Source: Macrostomum lignano
Lineage: Eukaryota
NCBI GenBank assembly: GCA_002269645.1
Contig: NIVC01000366.1
Coordinates: 248,001 to 312,000 of the forward strand
Direction: 5' to 3'
DNA length: 64,000 nt
Positions 46,466-56,704 of this stretch are shown one piece after another; position 1 is the stretch's first letter, and each line of letters begins with the position of its first letter. The notes under the pieces are model-generated. The model saw nothing but the letters and a program-made list of their open reading frames with translations, searched no databases and was not told the DNA's origin. The position numbers and the translations under genes are program-made.

Positions 46466-47355
46466 GCTGGCAAATTTCGGTTTGGAGCACAACTACTCCG
46501 ATTCAACTCTTGAATCTGGTTCTGCTATGAGAGCAAATGTGAAATTATTTAACTAAGAAAGGCTGTTCGAGCGATGGCGAGGAGTGAGACCGAGCTCAGT
46601 TAACTGTACAGAGTCTACTCAAGAATCTGCTTGTGCTCACAATGGTTGCTATTTGCAAAAGATGCTGTGCTGTTCTCTACTCCAAATTGAACAACCAGTT
46701 TGAAAGCTTTCTCAAAGCATCGCATGCGAGCCACCTCTCCCTCTCACCTCGCCTCACCTCCGCTCGCCCCGCAGTGGCAGTTACCCCATGACCCCCACCT
46801 ATTATTTTGTCTTACAAAGTAAGGAACCGAGGGTCAGACGAACTCATGTCCATCTGAAAAACAATTCGAAATTTCCAAGGGGCCAAATTAAGCTTATATC
46901 ATAAATACGTATTGTGGGCGTTGGGTCCGTGGGTTGAATGCAATGACAGATACGCTCGTAAAATCCAATTTCATCTTAAATATTTTTATAAAACCATAAC
47001 TCAAGACAAATTGATTCGTCCAAAACTGCTCCCACAAGTTTATCAATCTAGACTACTTCCACGAAATGCTACCCATCAAACTTCAGCTGTTTTTCTCTGT
47101 TTTTTGTTATAATTTTTTCTAGCGAGAATTTTCCGGATTTAATTCTTGATAAAACTTGTCTATGGCCAAAGCCCCTTTTAGCTCTGCGAAAAATAACAAG
47201 TCCTTGCAAAAAACTGCTGTATTATGAGTGATGTCGTTCTCCGATAGTACTCTTAGACTTTTTCAATTTTATTTGTAATAATAATTATTATTAATTAACA
47301 TGCTTAGTGAAATAACGTTCACTGAAAGGGTGCTGATTTTTTATATTTTATGCCA

Positions 47356-47470
47356 TTCGATTCTCGACCCACTCGGAAAAATTTGTGTCCTTCAGCAAAA
47401 CGCTTAACTCTGCATTGCTTCAGTTCACCCAGCTGTAAAATGGGTGCCAGCATTAGCTGGGGTAATTGAG
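47356..47470 (+). mobile_element. 5'-truncated copy of the tRNA/CORE-like SINE
   Basis: TTCGATTCTCGACCCACTC...CTTAACTCTGCATTGCTTCAGTTCACCCAGCTGTAAAATGGGTGCCAGCATTAGCTGG is shared with 19331-19437. Confidence 0.8.
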
Positions 47471-48159
47471 AGTGTGTGTGGCGACCTCATAGTCCTTGGA
47501 CTGAACAGCCGTACGCAGCCTTCAGATGCGCCTCGCAATAGCTGCGGCTGAGCTGTCGGTTGCACATCAGACCATTAAGGGAAGGTGCAGTCAATGTCAA
47601 ATTCTTGATAGACAATTTCTCGGGCATACTTTCGGTTGAGTTGTAGCATTTGAAGCTGCAGTAAAATTGACTCCAGCATTGCAAAACTCTCTACCATTTT
47701 CCCTCCAGTGTCTCGTAAATCCCAGTTCAAAACTGGCTTGGTGTAAACCTCACTTAAAACTGAGTCTCCGACAAGTCTTGAGATGATGGAGTCTGGGCAA
47801 CTCATGCTTTTCATTCGGAATTCAAGAGGTTTGATGTATTGAACTTAGTGCGTTTGTAGCGTCCTCTAAATTCAGTTGTTGAAGCCTGACGTAACAGTAA
47901 TTTAGTTTTAATTAGCTACTTGTACTGTAAAATAACAATTTATCAATAATATAGTCACAACACATGGGGAGAGAGAATCGCCATTAAAAAATTAGATGTT
48001 TCTTAGAATGCGATACGGTATTTAGGTGCAGGCGCGTCGTTAAAATTCAATTCACCTGATTAAAGCTGGATAATGGTATTGTAGTAAATAGTCAGTTCTT
48101 TAGAATTCTACAAGCGTAACTCGTAAGTAGTCCGCTGTTGCCAAGGATATTGATGCGCA

Positions 48160-48186
48160 TCACAGACAGCTTTGGGTTATTTCATC
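48160..48186 (-). CDS. TRPA-like channel, putative terminal coding exon (DEITQSCL-stop)
   Basis: TTTCTCCCATTCAG acceptor; phase 0 with the 75-nt exon upstream. Confidence 0.5.
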   Translation of the reverse strand, partial: DEITQSCL

Positions 48187-48221
48187 CTGAATGGGAGAAA
48201 TGTGAGCATTGCGAGATCTAA

Positions 48222-48925
<704 letters not shown>

Positions 48926-48931
48926 ACTCAC

Positions 48932-49006
48932 CAAATCGCATCCCTCATCTCTTTCCTCTTCATCTCGCAGTCCGTGATGCTGTAGCAGCCGCTTCAACAT
49001 GACAGC
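48932..49006 (-). CDS. TRPA-like channel, C-terminal exon AVMLKRLLQHHGLRDEEERDEGCDL
   Basis: CTACCAG acceptor and GTGAGT donor; 75 nt. Resembles the end of the TRPA coiled coil (..LIxQKMEI.E.D..DEG). Confidence 0.6.
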
Positions 49007-49144
49007 CTGGTAGTTACAAACTGACTCGATGTGGGACAGCCTGTTTTTGTAGTCAATTGGCGGTACATTTATTTAACCCGGATTTTTCGCACCTCTGCTA
49101 AACTATTAACTCAAAGAAAATTCTTTTCTATGCTTCAACATGCC

Positions 49145-49423
49145 TATGTTTAGCTCGCACATGCTCTGCTGATTCTGCAGCTCCGACAGGTAGCGCCGAT
49201 TCAGGCTCATCTCGGCCTGAAAGTTGGTCCGCTGAAACTCCTCTAACAGCTGCATGCGTTGAAGACGCCGCTCTGTGCTTTCCATGACTACCTGCTCAGC
49301 ATCGGTGGCCTGATGCTGCTGCTGTGACTCCGTCTGAGGTCCACCGCTACCTCGTGCGGACTTCTTGACAGAACGACCGATGCGACGGGCGAAGCATAGA
49401 ATACGGTTCCACAGGCTGGCCAT
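49145..49423 (-). CDS. TRPA-like channel, cytoplasmic C-terminal/coiled-coil exon (3' boundary uncertain)
   Basis: CTCTCCCCAG acceptor. MASLWNRIL...ERRLQRMQLLEEFQ..EMSLNRRYLSELQNQQ is coiled-coil-like. No clean phase-0 GT donor at its end. Confidence 0.55.
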
Positions 49424-49457
49424 CTGGGGAGAGGCAGTGAGAGAAGCATTGCGAAGG

Positions 49458-50187
49458 GGTAGCTCAGCGACCATTGGGGTAGCTCAGTGACCATTGGGGT
49501 AGCTCAGTGACCATTGGGGTAGCTCAGTGACCATTGGGGTAGCTCAGTGACCATTGGGGTAGCTCAGTGACCATTGGGGTAGCTCAGTGACCATTGGGGT
49601 AGCTCAGCGACCATTGGGGTATCTCAGTGACCATTGGGGTAGCTCAGTGACCATTGGGGTAGCTCAGTGACCATTTGGGTAGCTCAGTGACCATTGGGGT
49701 AGCTCAGTGACCATTGGGGTAGCTCAGTGACCATTGGGGTAGCTCAGTGACCATTGGGGTAGCTCAGTGACCATTGGGGTAGCTCAGTGACCATTGGGGT
49801 AGCTCAGTGACCATTGGGGTAGCTCAGCGACCATTGGGGTATCTCAGTGACCATTGGGGTAGCTCAGTGACCATTGGGGTAGCTCAGTGACCATTGGGGT
49901 AGCTCAGTGACCATTGGGGTAGCTCAGTGACCATTGGGATAGCTCAGTGACCATTGGGGTAGCTCAGTGACCATTGGGGTAGCTCAGTGACCATTGGGGT
50001 AGCTCAGTGACCATTGGGGTAGCTCAGTGACCATTGGGGTAGCTCAGTGACCATTGGGGTAGCTCAGTGACCATTGGGGTAGCTCAGTGACCATTGGGGT
50101 AGCTCAGTGACCATTGGGGTAGCTCAGTGACCATTGGGGTAGCTCAGTGACCATTGCGGTAGCTCAGTGACCATTGGGGTAGCTCAG
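49458..50187. repeat. 20-bp minisatellite GGGGTAGCTCAGTGACCATT
   Basis: Near-perfect tandem array, about 36 copies by length. Confidence 0.95.
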
Positions 50188-53100
50188 TCCAGTGTCTAGT
50201 CCAGTGTCTAGAGTCCAGTGTCTAGAGTCCAGTGTCTAGAGTCCAGTGTCTAGAGTCCAGTGTCTAGAGTCCAGTGTCTAGAGTCCAGTGTCTAGAGTCC
50301 AGTGTCTAGAGTCCAGTGTCTAGAGTCCAGTGTCTAGAGTCCAGTGTCTAGAGTCCAGTGTCTAGAGTCCAGTGTCTAGAGTCCAGTGTCTAGAGTCCAG
50401 TGTCTAGAGTCCAGTGTCTAGAGTCCAGTGTCTAGAGTCCAGTGTCTAGAGTCCAGTGTCTAGAGTCCAGTGTCTAGAGTCCAGTGTCTAGAGTCCAGTG
50501 TCTAGAGTCCAGTGTCTAGAGTCCAGTGTCTAGAGTCCAGTGTCTAGAGTCCAGTGTCTAGAGTCCAGTGTCTAGAGTCCAGTGTCTATAGAGTCCAGTG
50601 TCTAGAGTCCAGTGTCTAGAGTCCAGTGTCTATAAACTCCAGTGTCTAGAGTCCAGTGTCTAGAGTCCAGTGTCTATAGAGTCCAGTGTCTAGAGTCCAG
50701 TGTCTATAGAGTCCAGTGTCTAGAGTCCAGTGTCTAGAGTCCAGTGTCTAGAGTCCAGTGTCTAGAGTCCAGTGTCTAGAGTCCAGTGTCTAGAGTCCAG
50801 TGTCTAGAGTCCAGTGTCTAGAGTCCAGTGTCTAGAGTCCAGTGTCTAGAGTCCAGTGTCTAGAGTCCAGTGTCTAGAGTCCAGTGTCTAGAGTCCAGTG
50901 TCTAGAGTCCAGTGTCTAGAGTCCAGTGTCTAAAGTCCAGTGTCTAGAGTCCAGTGTCTAGAGTCCAGTGTCTAGAGTCCAGTGTCTAGAGTCCAGTGTC
51001 TAGAGTCCAGTGTCTAGAGTCCAGTGTCTAGAGTCCAGTGTCTAGAGTCCAGTGTCTAGAGTCCAGTGTCTAGAGTCCAGTGTCTAGAGTCCAGTGTCTA
51101 GAGTCCAGTGTCTAGAGTCCAGTGTCTAGAGTCCAGTGTCTAGAGTCCAGTGTCTAGAGTCCAGTGTCTAGAGTCCAGTGTCTAGAGTCCAGTGTCTAGA
51201 GTCCAGTGTCTAGAGTCCAGTGTCTAGAGTCCAGTGTCTAGAGTCCAGTGTCTAGAGTCCAGTGTCTAGAGTCCAGTGTCTAGAGTCCAGTGTCTAGAGT
51301 CCAGTGTCTAGAGTCCAGTGTCTAGAGTCCAGTGTCTAGAGTCCAGTGTCTAGAGTCCAGTGTCTAGAGTCCAGTGTCTAGAGTCCAGTGTCTAGAGTCC
51401 AGTGTCTAGAGTCCAGTGTCTAGAGTCCAGTGTCTAGAGTCCAGTGTCTAGAGTCCAGTGTCTAGAGTCCAGTGTCTAGAGTCCAGTGTCTAGAGTCCAG
51501 TGTCTAGAGTCCAGTGTCTAGAGTCCAGTGTCTAGAGTCCAGTGTCTAGAGTCCAGTGTCTAGAGTCCAGTGTCTAGAGTCCAGTGTCTAGAGTCCAGTG
51601 TCTAGAGTCCAGTGTCTAGAGTCCAGTGTCTAGAGTCCAGTGTCTAGAGTCCAGTGTCTAGAGTCCAGTGTCTAGAGTCCAGTGTCTAGAGTCCAGTGTC
51701 TAGAGTCCAGTGTCTAGAGTCCAGTGTCTAGAGTCCAGTGTCTAGAGTCCAGTGTCTAGAGTCCAGTGTCTAGAGTCCAGTGTCTAGAGTCCAGTGTCTA
51801 GAGTCCAGTGTCTAGAGTCCAGTGTCTAGAGTCCAGTGTCTAGAGTCCAGTGTCTAGAGTCCAGTGTCTAGAGTCCAGTGTCTAGAGTCCAGTGTCTAGA
51901 GTCCAGTGTCTAGAGTCCAGTGTCTAGAGTCCAGTGTCTAGAGTCCAGTGTCTAGAGTCCAGTGTCTAGAGTCCAGTGTCTAGAGTCCAGTGTCTAGAGT
52001 CCAGTGTCTAGAGTCCAGTGTCTAGAGTCCAGTGTCTAGAGTCCAGTGTCTAAAGTCCAGTGTCTAGAGTCCAGTGTCTAGAGTCCAGTGTCTAGAGTCC
52101 AGTGTCTAGAGTCCAGTGTCTAGAGTCCAGTGTCTAGAGTCCAGTGTCTAGAGTCCAGTGTCTAGAGTCCAGTGTCTAGAGTCCAGTGTCTAGAGTCCAG
52201 TGTCTAGAGTCCAGTGTCTAGAGTCCAGTGTCTAGAGTCCAGTGTCTAGAGTCCAGTGTCTAGAGTCCAGTGTCTAGAGTCCAGTGTCTAGAGTCCAGTG
52301 TCTAGAGTCCAGTGTCTAGAGTCCAGTGTCTAAAGTCCAGTGTCTAGAGTCCAGTGTCTAGAGTCCAGTGTCTAGAGTCCAGTGTCTAAAGTCCAGTGTC
52401 TAGAGTCCAGTGTCTAGAGTCCAGTGTCTAGAGTCCAGTGTCTAGAGTCCAGTGTCTAGAGTCCAGTGTCTAGAGTCCAGTGTCTAGAGTCCAGTGTCTA
52501 GAGTCCAGTGTCTAGAGTCCAGTGTCTAGAGTCCAGTGTCTAGAGTCCAGTGTCTAGAGTCCAGTGTCTAGAGTCCAGTGTCTAGAGTCCAGTGTCTAGA
52601 GTCCAGTGTCTAGAGTCCAGTGTCTAGAGTCCAGTGTCTAGAGTCCAGTGTCTAGAGTCCAGTGTCTAGAGTCCAGTGTCTAGAGTCCAGTGTCTAGAGT
52701 CCAGTGTCTAGAGTCCAGTGTCTAGAGTCCAGTGTCTAGAGTCCAGTGTCTAGAGTCCAGTGTCTAGAGTCCAGTGTCTAGAGTCCAGTGTCTAGAGTCC
52801 AGTGTCTAGAGTCCAGTGTCTAGAGTCCAGTGTCTAGAGTCCAGTGTCTAAAGTCCAGTGTCTAGAGTCCAGTGTCTAGAGTCCAGTGTCTAGAGTCCAG
52901 TGTCTAGAGTCCAGTGTCTAGAGTCCAGTGTCTAGAGTCCAGTGTCTAGAGTCCAGTGTCTAGAGTCCAGTGTCTAAAGTCCAGTGTCTAGAGTCCAGTG
53001 TCTAGAGTCCAGTGTCTAGAGTCCAGTGTCTAGAGTCCAGTGTCTAGAGTCCAGTGTCTAGAGTCCAGTGTCTAGAGTCCAGTGTCTAGAGTCCAGTGTC

Positions 53101-53336
53101 TAGAGTCCAGTGTCTAGAGTCCAGTGTCTAGAGTCCAGTGTCTAGAGTCCAGTGTCTAGAGTCCAGTGTCTAGAGTCCAGTGTCTAGAGTCCAGTGTCTA
53201 GAGTCCAGTGTCTAGAGTCCAGTGTCTAGAGTCCAGTGTCTAGAGTCCAGTGTCTAGAGTCCAGTGTCTAGAGTCCAGTGTCTAGAGTCCAGTGTCTAGG
53301 GTCCAGTGTCTAGTGTCCAGTGTCTAGAGTCCAGTA
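50188..53336. repeat. 14-bp minisatellite GAGTCCAGTGTCTA, about 3.1 kb
   Basis: Highly homogeneous array that directly abuts the 20-bp array. Confidence 0.95.
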
Positions 53337-53386
53337 TTCACTGTCACAGATTCCAGCACCTTGAACCCCATTGTCCGCAGCCTCAC

Positions 53387-53773
53387 CAGCAGGTTCACTA
53401 GCAGAATGGGCATCAGAGTGATAAACACAGCCAGCATAGACAGTGTAACCACCGGATGATGTAGCGTCCGCTTATCTTCGTCAAATATCTTAGATACAAA
53501 CGTGCTCAAGTAGTCGTACTCGCCAAGCATCATGAGGGCGGTCTTCAGGAATGCTAGACTCGGTCTGCTCCAAGCGTCCAAGGCTGTGTCTTGGTGCAGC
53601 GCTTCACTCTCGCTGTAGTAAGCTGAGTAGCTTGCAGCAGCTCGAGACCTGGCTTTGGCGAACAGTGAGTCAGCTGTGAGCTGCGAGCGATCAACTTCAT
53701 CGCTACTGAAATTGCCACCGCTCAGAGTGACGTTGCCGACTTGCTGCTCAAAGAGGCTTTGCTCAGTTGATGT
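53387..53773 (-). CDS. TRPA-like channel exon: extracellular loop, pore helix, filter, S6
   Basis: AWSRPSLAFLKTALMMLGEYDY..HPVVTLSMLAVFITLMPILLVNLL aligns with TRPA1 PFSSP..TFSMMLGDINY..HP..FVPIVLMNLL. CGTAG acceptor and GTGAGG donor; 387 nt, no stops. Confidence 0.85.
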
Positions 53774-53849
53774 CTACGTTGATTGTTAAAATATATTTGA
53801 TTGGTTATCGTCTTAGATAATCTCAGTCATCTTATCATGCTTTGCTTAC

Positions 53850-53888
53850 CATACAGCCAAGCACCAGATTCCGCAGAGATGAGGGCTC
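53850..53888 (-). CDS. TRPA-like channel, 39-nt microexon EPSSLRNLVLGCM
   Basis: TAATTTTCAG acceptor and GTAAGC donor; phase 0-0. Confidence 0.65.
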
Positions 53889-54060
53889 CTGAAAATTAGA
53901 AAAGCACTCATGGCTACTAACGGAATACCAGTAGTTGCCATGGAAACTGATATTGAGGCAGAGTAACAGCGGTTTTTGGACGAGTTCGCCGAAGACGTAT
54001 ATCCAGGGTGGACACAGGCCTCCTGCGAATATTTATATTGCTCAATACTTGCAGACTCAC

Positions 54061-54223
54061 AGTTAAACTGACGTCTTTCAACGCAGGCATGGGCTCATAC
54101 TGCAGCAGCATGTGAAAGGACAGTCCAAATCCAATCACCAGAATGGAGAACAGCATTAGCACCCTGATGAGGGTCTGCAGAATCTCCGTGAACATGATTA
54201 CGTATAGGCCGAACATTTCGTAG
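54061..54223 (-). CDS. TRPA-like channel exon: S4-S5 linker and S5
   Basis: (R)YEMFGLYVIMFTEILQTLIRVLMLFSILVIGFGLSFHMLL matches TRPA1 FENCGIFIVMLEVILKTLLRSTVVFIFLLLAFGLSFYILL. CCTTAG acceptor and GTGAGT donor. Confidence 0.9.
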
Positions 54224-54409
54224 CTAAGGGTTTGGGGGTTGAAATCGGATTATTTTCTGTTGAAAGACTTTGTCATGCTAGAATGCATTACATTCTAGGA
54301 GCTAGAAATACGAGCGTATGTACACTCTGACATTCATTCATGACCTTTTGTATTAAGACACTTCTATAGTAAAATCTTATGACTATTTGGGGTAGCCATG
54401 GGTAGCTCA

Positions 54410-56295
54410 AGATGACCCTCTGTAAAATGACCTGTAGGATGACCTTCTGTAGGATGACCTTCGGTAGGATGATCTTCCCTTCTGTAGGATTACCTTCTGT
54501 AGGATGACCTTCGGTAGGATGACCCTCTGTAAGATGACCTTCGGTAGGATGACCTTCTGTAGGATGACCTTCGGTAGGATGACCCTCTGTAAGATGACCT
54601 TCGGTAGGATGACCTTCTGTAGGATAACCTTCTGTAGGATAACCTTCTGTAGGATGACCTTCTGTAGGATGACCTTCTTAAGGATGACCTTCTGTAGGAT
54701 GACCTTCTGTAGGATGACCTTCTGTAGGATGACCTTCTGTAGGATGACCTTCTGTTGGATGACCTTCTATAGGATACCCTCTGTAGGATACCCTCTGTAG
54801 GATACCCTCTGTAGGAGTACCTTCTGTAGGAGTACCTTCTGTAGAATGATCTACTGTAGGATGACCTGTAGGATGACCTTCTGTAGGATGACCTTCTGTA
54901 GGATGACCTTCTGTAGGATGACCTTCTTAAGGATGACCTTCTGTAGGATGACCTTCTGTAGGATGACCTTCTGTAGGATGACCTTCTGTAGGATGACCTT
55001 CTGTTGGATGACCTTCTATAGGATACCCTCTGTAGGATACCCTCTGTAGGATACCCTCTGTAGGAGTACCTTCTGTAGGAGTACCTTCTGTAGAATGATC
55101 TACTGTAGGATGACCTTCTGTAGGATGACCTTCTGTAGGATGACCTTCTGTAGGATGACCTTCTGTAGGATGACCTTCTGTAGGATGACCTTGAGTAGGA
55201 TGACCTTCCCTTCTGTAGGATGACCTTCTGTAAGATGACCTTCTGTAGGATGACCTTCTGTAGGATGTCCTTCTGTAGGATGACCTTCTGTAGGAAGACC
55301 TTCTGTAGGATGACCTTCTGTAGGATGACCTTCTGTAGGATGACCTTCTGTAGGATGACCTTCTGTAGGATGACCTTCTGTAGGATGACCTTCTGTAGGA
55401 TGACCTTCTGTAGGATGACCTTCTGTAGGATGACCTTCTGTAGGATGACCTTCTGTAGGATGACCTTGAGTAGGATGACCTTCCCTTCTGTAGGATGACC
55501 TTCTGTAGGATGACCTTCTGTAGGATGACCTTCTGTAGGATGACCTTCTGTAGGATGACCTTCTGTAGGATGACCTTCTGTAGGATGACCTTCTGTAGGA
55601 TGACCTTCTGTAGGATGACCTTCTGTAGGATGACCTTCTGTAGGATGACCTTCTGTAGGAAGACCTTCTGTAGGATGACCTTCTGTAGGATGACCTTCTG
55701 TAGGAAGACCTTCTGTAGGATGTCCTTCTGTAGGATGACCTTCTGTAGGATGACCTTCTGTAGGATGACCTTCTGTAGGATGACCTTCTGTAGGATGACC
55801 TTCTGTAGGATGATCTTCTGTAGGATGACCTTCTGTAGGATGACCTTCTGTAGGATGTCCTTCTGTAGGATGTCCTTCTGTAGGATGACCTTCTGTAGGA
55901 TGACCTTCTGTTGGATGACCTTCTATAGGATACCCTCTGTTGGATGACCTTCTATAGGATACCCTCTGTAGGATGACCTTCTGTAGGATACCCTCTGTAG
56001 GATGACCTTCTGTAGGAGTACCTTCTGTAGAATGATCTACTGTAGGATGACCTTCTGTAGGATGACCTTCTGTAGGATGACCTTCTGTAGGATGACCTTC
56101 TGTAGGATGACCTTGAGTAGGATGACCTTCCCTTCTGTAGGATGACCTTCTGTAAGATGACCTTCTGTAGGATGACCTTCTGTAAGATGACCTTCTGTAG
56201 GATGACCTTCTGTAGGATGACCTTCTATAGGATACCCTCTGTAGGATACCCTCTGTAGGATTACCTTCTGTAGGATTACCTTCTGTAGGAAGACT
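54410..56295. repeat. 15-bp minisatellite GATGACCTTCTGTAG (array A)
   Basis: Tandem array. A period divisible by 3 explains the EGHPT and RMTFC pseudo-ORFs. Confidence 0.95.
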
Positions 56296-56392
56296 TTTAC
56301 TCAAAAATAGTTTTCTAGAAACTTTAAAGGTAACGTGGGAATGCGAGAAGGATCTTTTTAGGGAGCCTCGCGCTTTGAGGACATGGGCTTAC

Positions 56393-56562
56393 CGTTGAAA
56401 GAATAGAAGGAAGTTAAACCAGGCGAGGAACACTGCAACAGATCCAGTAGCCTGTTGGTAATGCTGGCCTTCTCCTGTCAGGTGCGATAGAGCGTAGACT
56501 AAGGTTACGCAATAGAGAGCATTTTCCAAATAGTTCACTGCATCGGTCAGGTAACGTAGGCG
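56393..56562 (-). CDS. TRPA-like channel exon S3-S4 (copy A)
   Basis: RLRYLTDAVNYLENALY...GSVAVFLAWFNFLLFFQR matches TRPA1 YFLDISNVLEWIIY...GAIAVYFYWMNFLLYLQR. TTTCAG acceptor and GTAAGC donor; 170 nt, phase 0-2. Confidence 0.9.
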
Positions 56563-56704
56563 CTGAAATGCATATCAGGTGTTTCTTGTGGCTAACAGGG
56601 AGGAGGGGGTGATTCTGCCTTTGTCTATTTATGATTCAATCTAATAAATGGTGATTCCAGGTAGTGGGTGGTGATTTTAATCAGCAGGCGATGATTTTAG
56701 CTAA

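Noticed and set aside
47575-47830. Possible exon or LINE fragment on the minus strand between TRPA and innexin
   Set aside because: No recognisable motif and no convincing splice-site pair.
54490-56304. 604-aa (EGHPT)n/(RRSSY)n ORF and (RMTFC)n ORFs
   Set aside because: Translation of a 15-bp intronic satellite; the frame switches at unit indels.
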